Assembly (NCBI GenBank): GCA_905214365.1
Contig: CAJMMH010000001.1
Span: 1 to 45,964 of the forward strand
Direction: 5' to 3'
Origin: an uncultured bacterium
Lineage (GTDB): Bacteria; Bacillota; Clostridia; Lachnospirales; Lachnospiraceae
DNA length: 45,964 nucleotides
Numbering within the stretch: the first letter of the stretch is position 1; each line of letters opens with the position of its first letter. This document shows, one piece after another, positions 1-8,895 of the stretch. The position numbers and the translations under genes were made by a program. The notes beneath the pieces were generated by a model. That model saw nothing but the letters and a program-made list of their open reading frames with translations, was not told the origin of the DNA and searched no databases.

Positions 1-1
1 A

Positions 2-1024
2 AGATTTTATCTGATCCTTGCTGCGGAAGCGGCTTCCCTTCTGTTTGGCGGCTGTTCTTCTTCTCACAAATCAATTGCTGATTCCCAGGAAGAAGCTTCC
101 GCTATCGTAGATTACACCTGCATTTCCAACCTGGAAAGCGAGCATCAGATTTACGTCATTCTGAAAAATTATCACGGGAATTACTGGGAAAAGGTAATTG
201 ACGGAATTGCAGCTGCATCGGAGGAAATCGACGCCGCAGTTTATCTGGGCGGAATTGACAATGAAACAGATATTGCCGGACAAATCGCTCTGATGGAACA
301 GGCAGTCGCACAAGGAGCCGACGGGATTTTACTTGCTCCTGCTAGCTCGAATTCCCTGATAGATAACTGCCAGATGGTACGGAAGCATGAAATTCCTCTG
401 GTTCTTATTGATTCCTCAATCAACAGCAATGATTACAACAGTTGCTACATGACCGACAACATGGACGCCGGAAAGATGGCTGCTGAGCAGATGCTTGCAA
501 TGCTGTACGACGCGGGCAATTCTCCTGACAATCCCCTGGAGATCGGAATCCAGCTGTCATCCGATACCTCTCAGGCAATGGTCAACCGCGTCTCCGGTTT
601 TCTGGATTACTGGGCCAATTATGCACCGGAACAATGGACGATTGCCAATGATATTCCCGTAAATGGCGGCGATGTTCAAAAGGCAGCGGCCGATACAGCA
701 GCGCTGCTGAAAACACATCCGCAGCTCAAAGGCTTGTTCGGATGCAACAATACGTCTACCATCGGCATTGCCAGTACCATTCTGGCTCAGAATCGGACTG
801 ATATTGTTATGGCTGGTTTTGACCTGGCAGAAGAAACCAGGCAGCTGATTGAAAATCCGGATTATCGCGGTGTGTCCTTAATGCAGAAACAGGATCAGAT
901 GGGATATCTCGGCATGCTTTCCCTGGACGCGCTGATCCGCGGCGAAGCGGCTGGACAAAAATACTTTGATACCGGCGTTATCTTAATTGATTCTGACTAT
1001 CTTATGGAGAATAATGTCTCATGA
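2..1024 (+). CDS. RbsB-like sugar-binding lipoprotein (5' end outside window)
   Basis: Frame of ORF 293..1024 is open back to nt 2 (RFYLILAAEAASLLFGGCSSS, lipobox-like LFGGC). Periplasmic-binding-protein motifs GADGILLAP, IPLVLIDS, TDNMDAGKMAA, MAGFD. Confidence 0.85.
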   Translation, partial: RFYLILAAEAASLLFGGCSSSHKSIADSQEEASAIVDYTCISNLESEHQIYVILKNYHGNYWEKVIDGIAAASEEIDAAVYLGGIDNETDIAGQIALMEQAVAQGADGILLAPASSNSLIDNCQMVRKHEIPLVLIDSSINSNDYNSCYMTDNMDAGKMAAEQMLAMLYDAGNSPDNPLEIGIQLSSDTSQAMVNRVSGFLDYWANYAPEQWTIANDIPVNGGDVQKAAADTAALLKTHPQLKGLFGCNNTSTIGIASTILAQNRTDIVMAGFDLAEETRQLIENPDYRGVSLMQKQDQMGYLGMLSLDALIRGEAAGQKYFDTGVILIDSDYLMENNVS

Positions 1025-2475
1025 AAGATCGAAGAAAAAGCAAAAAAAAGCGCAGAATATTATTTGTCATATATCTGGCATTTTCCCTCTGTATTATTGT
1101 AACCGCGTACCTGCGTCTCAGCCATATCGCGCGCACGTTCAATACAGAGCATCTGGAATTAATTACCGGATTATACGCTGAAAAAATGAATGCGTCAATG
1201 AATTATCTCCAAAATTACGCACAGGAAAATGTATTAATGGTCCAGGCGCTCGGAGACAGCGATCCGGAAGATATTTTTCTCTGTCTGGAAGATAACCTGG
1301 AACCGCCGGTATTCTGCAATATTGGACTCATTTTAAAAAATCAGGAAATTCTCGGCAATACCTACGCCATATCAGACATTCAAAAAAAAGCCCTGGATCA
1401 GCAGGCTCTTGCTGCGGAAACATCATTTATTTCCGTACCTTACCAGTCCAGCGAAACCGGGAACATGATTATGACCATCTTCGTTCCGGTAACGGATTCG
1501 CCAACGATTCAAACGCTTTACATGTCTATTATGGTCGAGGATCTCCGGCTTTTAGGCATTTATGAGCTGCTGAAAGGAAAAATCGACGTCCACCTGCTGA
1601 AGGCCGATTCCGAAAACTTTATCACCTGTATCAGCAGTGATTCCGATACAGCCGGAAACTGGAACAATCTTCTGCTTCAGCAGAAATATTTCCAATACAA
1701 CGATGGCTATTCCTACAACCAGTGGATCAAAGATATACGTTCCGGAAAGACAGAAGGTCAATTCTCCGCGCAGATCAAAGGGGAAGACTCTACCATTGCT
1801 TACCGCAGCATCTCCAGTATGCCCGGCTGGTACGTAATCGTCGAGCTGGCAAATAAAAATATTTCCAACCTGACTCAGGATTTCTCGATCTGGGGCGGCA
1901 TCTTCGGCGGCATTCTGGTCGGCAGCACACTTCTATATATGCTGTCCATCCTGCTGCTGGAGAAACTGGACAAAAAGCGCTACATCGGCCTCTCCTCCAT
2001 TGACCCGCTGACCGAGCTGCTCAACCGGAGAGCCCTCCAGGAAACGCTGGAAAATGAATTTTATAAAAAGACTCCCGGAATCTTTATTTTTATCGATATC
2101 GATAATTTTAAGATTTACAATGATACCTATGGTCACAGCAGCGGAGATCTCTGCCTGCGCCATGTCGCAAAAGCAATGAAAACCTGTTTCCCGGAGGGAA
2201 GCATCCTTGGACGGTACGGCGGCGATGAATTTGTTGTTTACCTGAAGCATATCTCCGTTGAATCCGCTTCCGCATATATGGATGAGTTCCAGAAACAGAT
2301 TTCCAACCTGAAACTGTCCGACGGCACGCTGGTACATGTATCTGTCAGCGCAGGCGGCTCCGTATTCCCGGAACAGGGCGAAGATTACGTTTCCCTGTGC
2401 AGAAGCGCCGACATCGCTCTGTACGATGTAAAACAGCATGGAAAAGGCGCGTTTAAGATAAAACAGCACAGCTGA
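1021..2475 (+). CDS. Membrane sensor diguanylate cyclase (2 TM, Cache-like sensor, GGDEF)
   Basis: DPLTELLNRR, FIDIDNFKIYNDTYGHSSGD, RYGGDEF, SAG, ADIALYDVKQHGK; ATGA overlap with the upstream gene. Confidence 0.92.
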   Translation: MKDRRKSKKKRRILFVIYLAFSLCIIVTAYLRLSHIARTFNTEHLELITGLYAEKMNASMNYLQNYAQENVLMVQALGDSDPEDIFLCLEDNLEPPVFCNIGLILKNQEILGNTYAISDIQKKALDQQALAAETSFISVPYQSSETGNMIMTIFVPVTDSPTIQTLYMSIMVEDLRLLGIYELLKGKIDVHLLKADSENFITCISSDSDTAGNWNNLLLQQKYFQYNDGYSYNQWIKDIRSGKTEGQFSAQIKGEDSTIAYRSISSMPGWYVIVELANKNISNLTQDFSIWGGIFGGILVGSTLLYMLSILLLEKLDKKRYIGLSSIDPLTELLNRRALQETLENEFYKKTPGIFIFIDIDNFKIYNDTYGHSSGDLCLRHVAKAMKTCFPEGSILGRYGGDEFVVYLKHISVESASAYMDEFQKQISNLKLSDGTLVHVSVSAGGSVFPEQGEDYVSLCRSADIALYDVKQHGKGAFKIKQHS

Positions 2476-2476
2476 T

Positions 2477-2574
2477 CTGCGGAAACAGTATTCCAGATGA
2501 GGGCGCCGCAGCGAACTGCGACAGCCGAATCCGGGCAAAAGATACTGCAAATTTGGGCGTGCAGATGCGGAAAT
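2477..2574 (+). repeat. Internal fragment of the ~165-bp MITE family (full copy at 20972-21135)
   Basis: Aligns by eye to about 21015-21114, e.g. gggcaaaagatactgcaaatttgggcgtgcagat vs gggcaaaagatatcgcaaattggggcgtgcagat. Confidence 0.8.
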
Positions 2575-2742
2575 ATAGGTATTTGAGTCAAGTGGATATT
2601 CGCAATCCGCTTCGCTACTTGCTCATAACCAAATAACTGCTTCGCAGTTTATCAGGAGGGGCTTGTACCCCTCCTGATACAAGCAAGTCCCACCCACTGC
2701 TTATTGCTCTTCACAATTGAAGCAGGGGACTTCCTTGATTTG
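2571..2742 (-). mobile_element. IS200/IS605-type left-end remnant (no ORF)
   Basis: Minus strand reads TTAA|CAAATCAAGGAAGT-CCCCTGCTT...AAGCAGTGGG (subterminal hairpin), then further hairpins such as ATCAGGAGGGG/CCCCTCCTGAT. 36 bp are identical to 4670-4705, and identity stops at the TTTTTAA flank. Confidence 0.55.
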
Positions 2743-2856
2743 TTAAAAATGTATTTTTAACAATACAAACACATTCCCTCTTGCATTCCTTTCGCGTATG
2801 AGATAAACTACAATTGTATATTGGATTTCAGAATCTCATTATGGGGAGGGACTTCT

Positions 2857-3723
2857 GTGCAATCACTGGAACCGCTTGTAGCCGCAGGCTCGGATTACTA
2901 TGTATATATGCCGAGTGTAACTGCTATGGAAACGTTTTTTTACCCGCTTTATATCGGCCATTTTCTCTATCAGCCCGGATATTCTCTGACGCGGGAATCC
3001 TATGACAGTTTTCTTCTGATCTATATTCAAAACGGTACAATGACAGTGACTGCCAACGGGCAGACACAAATCGCAGAGCGCGGAAACTTTGTTCTTCTGG
3101 ACTGTTATCAGCCACATTCCTATTCCTGCAGTACCGGCTGCGAAACGCTCTGGTGCCACTTTGACGGCTCCTGCGCCCGCGGCTATTACCGCTGCATTAC
3201 GGAACGCCTTGGGATGATATTTTCCCTTGCAGAGCCTACGTATGCAGTCAAACGGCTTCAGATGATCTATCAGGTCTTTGCGGACGGGCAGGCGGTCCGG
3301 GAACCGCTTCTTTCCAGATATCTGACCGACATCCTGACGGATATTCTGTTGGATCTGCCGGGTGGTCTTCTGAATCGCCGCTATACCGGCATGGCAGAGG
3401 ACATCGCTGCTTACATGAATGAGCATATGGCTGAGCCGCTTTCCATTGAACAGCTTGCCGGACGCGCCGGACTCAGTCCTTATCACTTTATCCGCACGTT
3501 TAAAAAAGAAACCGGGTTTACTCCTCATGACTATCTGCTCAATATCCGGCTCAACACTGCCCGCTATCTGCTGAAAAATTCAACACTGCCCGTCAAGGAA
3601 ATCTGTTTTTCCTGCGGCTTTTCCAGCGAAAGCATCTTTTGCAACGCGTTTAAAAAGCGGGTACGGCAAACGCCGGGACAATACCGGAATGGCAGCGGCA
3701 GAGAACCGGAACAGGAAAGCTGA
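2857..3723 (+). CDS. AraC-family transcriptional regulator
   Basis: N-terminal cupin-like domain and C-terminal double HTH (LSPYHFIRTFKKETGFTP...CGFSSESIFCNAFKK); GTG start after GGGGAGG. Confidence 0.9.
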   Translation: MQSLEPLVAAGSDYYVYMPSVTAMETFFYPLYIGHFLYQPGYSLTRESYDSFLLIYIQNGTMTVTANGQTQIAERGNFVLLDCYQPHSYSCSTGCETLWCHFDGSCARGYYRCITERLGMIFSLAEPTYAVKRLQMIYQVFADGQAVREPLLSRYLTDILTDILLDLPGGLLNRRYTGMAEDIAAYMNEHMAEPLSIEQLAGRAGLSPYHFIRTFKKETGFTPHDYLLNIRLNTARYLLKNSTLPVKEICFSCGFSSESIFCNAFKKRVRQTPGQYRNGSGREPEQES

Positions 3724-3745
3724 AACCATCAAAAAAAATTTAAAG

Positions 3746-3786
3746 AATGCTCATGCGCGTTACTTTCACGCACATGAGCATTTTAT
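3746..3786. terminator. Bidirectional terminator between convergent genes
   Basis: Inverted repeat aatgctcatgcgcgt/acgcacatgagcatt with T and A tracts. Confidence 0.7.
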
Positions 3787-3799
3787 TATGAAATATAAA

Positions 3800-4591
3800 T
3801 TACTTTTTCAGGAATTCCCGAATGGTCTCAAACATGCTCTGATACTGCTCTTCATCGTATCCATGCCCCATACCCGGAACCAACCGCAGACTGCACTGCC
3901 CTTTTTTATAGCTTTCCTTTGCGCGCACGGAATAAGTATAGTCCACTGTCTGATCATCCAGACCGTGAATGATCAGAACCGGTCCCTCATAGGCCGAAAT
4001 TTCCCGGAACGGATCTCTCTGAACCACATCGTCATAGAAGCAGCGGCCGAGGATTGTTTTGTCGCAGTCAATCGTTTCCGGCACATTGTCCGGCGGATAG
4101 GTCGCGCCGCCAAGGCAGCCCTTTCTCGCGTGATCCGGAATGCAAAATGCCGGATAAATCAAAATCAGCTTTTCCACTTCCTTCTGGCACTCCGCCGCCG
4201 TCAGCGCCGACACAAATCCGCCCTGGCTGACACCCAGAAGCAGGACATGCTCCGGATCAACAAACGGCTGTGACACAGCATATGCCTTTACTGCTTTGAG
4301 ATCAGCGATTTCTGTAGAAATCGTCATGTCCGTTGTCTTTCCTTCGCTTTTAATCGACTCATCCTCATACAGACGGCCACCGCCGCAGAAGTTAAAGCTG
4401 AACACGGCATAACCCATTTCCGCAAACGATCTGCCCCATTCTTCCATACTCAAATAATTTCCGGTAAATCCGTGACTTAAAATCACTGCCGGATATGATT
4501 TTGATGCATCAAAGGCATCCGGAAGAAACTGCATTCCCCGGATTCGCAAACCGTCACGACTGCAAAAAAATAATGTTTCTGTCACTGCCAT
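3800..4591 (-). CDS. Alpha/beta-hydrolase, esterase (feruloyl/cinnamoyl esterase-like)
   Basis: HGFTG oxyanion motif, GVSQGG nucleophile elbow, IIHGLDD and GHG triad motifs. Confidence 0.85.
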   Translation of the reverse strand: MAVTETLFFCSRDGLRIRGMQFLPDAFDASKSYPAVILSHGFTGNYLSMEEWGRSFAEMGYAVFSFNFCGGGRLYEDESIKSEGKTTDMTISTEIADLKAVKAYAVSQPFVDPEHVLLLGVSQGGFVSALTAAECQKEVEKLILIYPAFCIPDHARKGCLGGATYPPDNVPETIDCDKTILGRCFYDDVVQRDPFREISAYEGPVLIIHGLDDQTVDYTYSVRAKESYKKGQCSLRLVPGMGHGYDEEQYQSMFETIREFLKK

Positions 4592-4660
4592 TTTTTATAC
4601 TCTCCTTCATCCCAAATCCACCGGTTACGGCTCTCCGGAACGCGCTGTTTTGCGTCAGGC

Positions 4661-4698
4661 GGATATTCGCAATTGAAGCAGGGGACTTCCTTGATTTG
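4661..4698 (-). mobile_element. Internally deleted second copy of the IS200/IS605-type left end
   Basis: Equals 2594-2606 joined to 2718-2742, a 111-bp deletion between CAAT microhomologies; flanking TTAA overlaps the GH95 stop codon. Confidence 0.6.
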
Positions 4699-7155
4699 TT
4701 AAAAAATTCTCTGCTTTCCAGACTTCAGCGAAACAACTGACGGACTTTCTTTTCCAAACGCAAACGCTGCCTGCTGCTCTTTCTTTGCATAAACCCATAC
4801 TTCTGTCAGCTTTCCGCCCTTCCAGTCCAGATCCAGCAACAGACCGCCGCGGACCGCCGCGCCGTGCAGGCTTCCGTTTTTCCATTCCTGAGGAAGTGCC
4901 GGAAGCAGGCGGATACAACCGTTGTGGCTCTGAATCAGAGCTTCCATAACGCCCATGGAAAATCCGGTATTTCCGTCAAGTTCATAAACTGGCAGGCTGG
5001 TTGCCGTTCCCCTTGTCGGCGGATGCATGACAAGCAGGTTCGGACCAGTCAGTACCGTCTGCATGCTGCGCAGATGTCTGGACGTTTCCTTTTCGTTGTG
5101 AAGTCTCGCGCTGTACAGAACAAGCAGGGATCTTGCCCACCCGGTATCTTCCCAGTTTTCATACGGCGTCAGCTTATCCTGAATCGACGCTGCTGCTGCC
5201 TTCGCCAGATCAGGCGTTTTTTCCGGCGTGATCTGCGCGTACGGAAACAGGCCGAGCAGATGGCTGGTATGGCGATGCTGGCGGTCGGCTGCCTCATAAT
5301 CATGCGCCCACTCTGCCAGTGTGCCGTCCTGCTTCACCCGGTAGGACGGCAGACGCTTCAACGCGTCCTTCGCTTTCAGAATCCGTTCCTGTCTGCGGAC
5401 GGCAGACGCCTCGCTTTCCGCCAGCTCCAGGTACTCGGTCAGAAGCTCCCGGATCATCAGTACCTCATAGGTCGGATTGAGCGACGCATACTGTTTCTTT
5501 CCGTTCACCGCAAATACATTCTCCGGAGAAATGGACGGACCGCACCAGAACTCACCGTTTTCACCCTCAAACAGGTATTCCAGGAAGAAATCAACTGCTT
5601 CTTCCAGTACCGGCAGCGCATGTTCCTTCCGGAATGCTTCATCCTGACTGTAACGGTAATGCTCCGCGTAATCGGATGCCTGCCAGATACCGCCGGTCGG
5701 GCACGGGGAAAGCGCCTTGTTCCAGTACGGAGCCGCGTAACCCCAGGCATTGGAAACCAGCTCTCCGGTCCAGCCGTTCATCCCGTAGCAGCGGCGCGCC
5801 GCTTCTCTTCCATGCGGAATCAGGATCCTTTCCATCCACGCAAACAGTGGCTGGTGGCTCTCGCCCAGCCTGCCCGGCTCGCTGATCCAGTAATTCATCT
5901 GTGTGTTGATATCAAGATGCATATCACAAGTCCAGCCGATCTGACACGCCACATCATCGTTCCACACGCCCTGCAGCGGAGCCGGAAGCGGAGAATCCTC
6001 ACGGGAAGAAGACAGCAGCAAATAACGGCCATACTGGAACATCAACTCCGTCAGGCGGCCATTATCCGCGCCGCCGCGAACCGCATCCCGCAGCTGCTCG
6101 CCGGTTTCTTTCATCTCCGTATTTTCGCCGGTTATCCCCAGGTTCAGCGAAACGCGGTCCATATATCCACGGATATCCTCACAATGACGCGCTTTCAGCT
6201 GTGGATAATCCGCTGCGTTCACTGATGTACGCCGCACCAGAGCCGTCCGGTCAATCCAGTCAAAGCCGCCCTTTGGCTCGAAGCTTCCGTCTTCCTTCAG
6301 GCGGGCCAGAAAATCGGTTTCCATTGCCAGATACAGAACGGCACGGTTTGTTCCTGACACGCGCAGATACGCGCTTCCGTTTTCTGCCGTTCCTGCTTCC
6401 ACAGTTCCCTTTCCATCTTCTGTACAAACACGCACACGTCCGGCCAGGCATACGCCCTCCGTTCCGTCGCTGTGCACCGGCTCCAACGCCTGAACCTCAA
6501 ACTCCATCCAGTCTGTTCCCGCAACGGTGCAGAACGGGCAGCGTCCCCCGTCAAATGTGATGCTGCAGCAGATTCCGTTTTCCGAAGAATCGACCATTTC
6601 CATCGCGAATACCTGATCCGGATGGGAGCTGAACGCCTCCCGGCGGATTAACCGATGAGCAGTGCTGCCTGCGCAGTGTTCCTGACAGGTATTCTCATTG
6701 TCCCGCTCTTTACTTCCATCGTCCCACTCTGCCTGCGTCTGTACCAGTCCCTCTCTAATATCAAGGCTTCTGTTATAAACGGATGCCCCATCCAGCTTTG
6801 ACGCGGACGATTCTTCCTCCGGGCTGATTCCTTCAAATGCAATCCGCAGACTTCCAACCGGCAGATTAGTTCCATAGTTGCCGCGCATTCCCATCATATT
6901 CTCGGTCTGCGCAGATACCTCAGCATAATCGCCGCGAAGCGCCGCCTCTCTGGCTTTCTGAAATGCTTCCGCCCCATTCTCCCGGTATGGGTTGACAGTA
7001 TCTGAGCCGGAGAAGAACGTCAGATGCGATAAATCAATCTTCTCTTCCGCAATCCCTCCATATACCATCTGTCCCATGCGACCGTTTCCAAGCGGACACC
7101 CCTCATGCCACTCAGCCGCAGGCCGGTCAAATCTGATCTGGTCCTGTTTTCCCAT
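4699..7155 (-). CDS. GH95-family glycoside hydrolase (alpha-L-fucosidase/alpha-L-galactosidase-like), cytoplasmic
   Basis: PLGNGRMG, YGRYLLLSSS, LQGVWN, INTQMNYW, SISPEN, HRHTSHL, LDGNTG, LLPALPQEWKNG; no signal peptide. Confidence 0.9.
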   Translation of the reverse strand: MGKQDQIRFDRPAAEWHEGCPLGNGRMGQMVYGGIAEEKIDLSHLTFFSGSDTVNPYRENGAEAFQKAREAALRGDYAEVSAQTENMMGMRGNYGTNLPVGSLRIAFEGISPEEESSASKLDGASVYNRSLDIREGLVQTQAEWDDGSKERDNENTCQEHCAGSTAHRLIRREAFSSHPDQVFAMEMVDSSENGICCSITFDGGRCPFCTVAGTDWMEFEVQALEPVHSDGTEGVCLAGRVRVCTEDGKGTVEAGTAENGSAYLRVSGTNRAVLYLAMETDFLARLKEDGSFEPKGGFDWIDRTALVRRTSVNAADYPQLKARHCEDIRGYMDRVSLNLGITGENTEMKETGEQLRDAVRGGADNGRLTELMFQYGRYLLLSSSREDSPLPAPLQGVWNDDVACQIGWTCDMHLDINTQMNYWISEPGRLGESHQPLFAWMERILIPHGREAARRCYGMNGWTGELVSNAWGYAAPYWNKALSPCPTGGIWQASDYAEHYRYSQDEAFRKEHALPVLEEAVDFFLEYLFEGENGEFWCGPSISPENVFAVNGKKQYASLNPTYEVLMIRELLTEYLELAESEASAVRRQERILKAKDALKRLPSYRVKQDGTLAEWAHDYEAADRQHRHTSHLLGLFPYAQITPEKTPDLAKAAAASIQDKLTPYENWEDTGWARSLLVLYSARLHNEKETSRHLRSMQTVLTGPNLLVMHPPTRGTATSLPVYELDGNTGFSMGVMEALIQSHNGCIRLLPALPQEWKNGSLHGAAVRGGLLLDLDWKGGKLTEVWVYAKKEQQAAFAFGKESPSVVSLKSGKQRIF

Positions 7156-7285
7156 TCGCTGTTTTTTCCTTCCTCTCTTTTATTCTCCGAAATCCAAACC
7201 TGTCCATCCAGCTGCATTGCTTTCTCTGCGCAATTCCCAGATTCCGCAAAACGTCTGCGGCGCCTTCATCCGGGCTGCCTTCCGG

Positions 7286-8626
7286 TTATTCTTTTCCGGT
7301 AAAGTAAATTTCAGCGTCCTTCTTTTCATCCGCTGCCTTTTCCATGGTCAATATAACAATAGTATCCGGAGCGGCTTCTGTTTCGGGCAGCTCCAATGCG
7401 GTTCCCTGCTCCTTCGGAACGATGGAAACCGGTCTGCCGTCAAACATCCTTGCCTTTACAATGCGGTTGCCGATTTCCGGCAGCACCTCCGCGCAAAACG
7501 CTTCCGGATTGAGAACATGCAGATATACTTTATTTCCTCTGCAGGTTGCTCCGTATACGTCATCCACCGGCTCAAACGGGCCTGCCTTGGTCGCGTAAAT
7601 ACTCTCTCCATAGGTACGCAGCCAGTCGCCAACCTCGCGCATCCGGTTCTTAATCTCATCCGAAATCTTTCCGTTGCGGTCCGGACCGATGTTGACCAGC
7701 CAGTTTCCGCCGCGGCAGACAACATTGACCATCATGCGGATCAGCCAGTCAAAGTCAGAAACCGGATCATCCTCCATCCAGCCCCAGGAGCTTCCGGAGC
7801 AGACGCACATATTCTTTTCCCACGGAACCGGAATAATCTTTCCCTTAATTTCGTGAGAACCCTCATCGCAGTAGAAATCACCTTCCCAACCGGAACGTGG
7901 ATTAATCAGCACCTTCGGGCAGTAGCTTCTTGCCATCTTGTTCAGCTTTACCGGCTCCCAGAACCATGCGCTTGATGTATCGCTGCCCTGGTGAGCCAGC
8001 CAGCCGCCATCGTACCAGAGGATATCCGGATGATAGTCTCTGCATAATTCCTCAACCTGATCGTAGCACTGCTTCTTCATCATCGCCGCATTGTCCGGCA
8101 GTCCCTTCGGATCAAAATATCCCGGAAATCTCCAATCCATCGGCGAATAGTACAGACCGATCTTCATGCCTGCCTTCCGGAATGCCTCCGCGTACTCGCC
8201 GACAAAATCCCGGTGCGCGCCGCGGTGGTAAGAATCAAAATGCTCGTAGCTGCCTTCGCTGTTCCAAAGTGAAAATCCATCGTGATGCTTTGTTACCATA
8301 ACGGCATAGCGTGCGCCAAATGATTTCGCGATTTCCGCCCACTCGTCCATGCTGAAATTCTCCGGAATAAATTCATCAGCCAGTGCTTCGTATTTCTCCT
8401 TCGGAATCTTCTCATTGAAGCGCGCCCATTCGCCGTGTCCGAGAATGGAATACAATCCCCAGTGAATAAACATACCAATCTTGGCGTCTCTCCACCACTG
8501 CTTGTCCTCCGGCGAAAGCGATAGCTCCTCGCACTTCAGACCGCCCAAACTTTTAAAGTTAATGCTGCTTTTCAGCATTGATTTCAGCTCCGCTCCTGTC
8601 ATCTCGCGCGGTTTCTTTTTTTCCAT
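7286..8626 (-). CDS. GH29 alpha-L-fucosidase, cytoplasmic
   Basis: KIGMFIHWGLYS, VTKHHDGF, GLYYSPMDW, ILWYDG (nucleophile Asp), LVNIGP, GESIY. Confidence 0.92.
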   Translation of the reverse strand: MEKKKPREMTGAELKSMLKSSINFKSLGGLKCEELSLSPEDKQWWRDAKIGMFIHWGLYSILGHGEWARFNEKIPKEKYEALADEFIPENFSMDEWAEIAKSFGARYAVMVTKHHDGFSLWNSEGSYEHFDSYHRGAHRDFVGEYAEAFRKAGMKIGLYYSPMDWRFPGYFDPKGLPDNAAMMKKQCYDQVEELCRDYHPDILWYDGGWLAHQGSDTSSAWFWEPVKLNKMARSYCPKVLINPRSGWEGDFYCDEGSHEIKGKIIPVPWEKNMCVCSGSSWGWMEDDPVSDFDWLIRMMVNVVCRGGNWLVNIGPDRNGKISDEIKNRMREVGDWLRTYGESIYATKAGPFEPVDDVYGATCRGNKVYLHVLNPEAFCAEVLPEIGNRIVKARMFDGRPVSIVPKEQGTALELPETEAAPDTIVILTMEKAADEKKDAEIYFTGKE

Positions 8627-8751
8627 TTTGTATACCCCCTGTTGTTGGTTTTCTCATCCATTCTTCTGATAGTCTACCTGCAATCTCTATTCTTCACAAG
8701 TGTTTTTTCTATTTTTGGTATAACGTTTTTGTACTCTGGTCACCGTTCATG

Positions 8752-8843
8752 CTAGAGCGCGTTTGAAAAAGGCTCGCAGGATGTGTGTCACAATTTGTTG
8801 GATGCTTTGCACAGATGATGGCGTCGCAGCGGGCTGCGGCAAC
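8752..8843 (+). repeat. Left ~90 bp of the ~165-bp MITE
   Basis: ctagagcgcgtttgaaaaagg TIR, then gatgtgtgtcacaatttg and central hairpin gtcgcagc-gg-gctgcggc, matching 20972-21064. Confidence 0.8.
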
Positions 8844-8895
8844 GCCAAAAGGCCGCCGCAGATTTCTCTGCGGCAGCCTGTGCGCAACGAGTTAT

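Noticed and set aside
2648..2678. TTATCAGGAG resembling the start of a SAM-I riboswitch
   Set aside because: It is one arm of a simple hairpin; the other SAM-I conserved elements and a methionine-related gene are missing.
7178..7195. Possible further ~58-nt element remnant 22 nt upstream of GH95 (also about 23240)
   Set aside because: Too short and degenerate to support by eye; needs a covariance-model score.
4864..7975. 453-aa and 327-aa plus-strand ORFs
   Set aside because: Antisense to GH95 and GH29; no motifs or SD.
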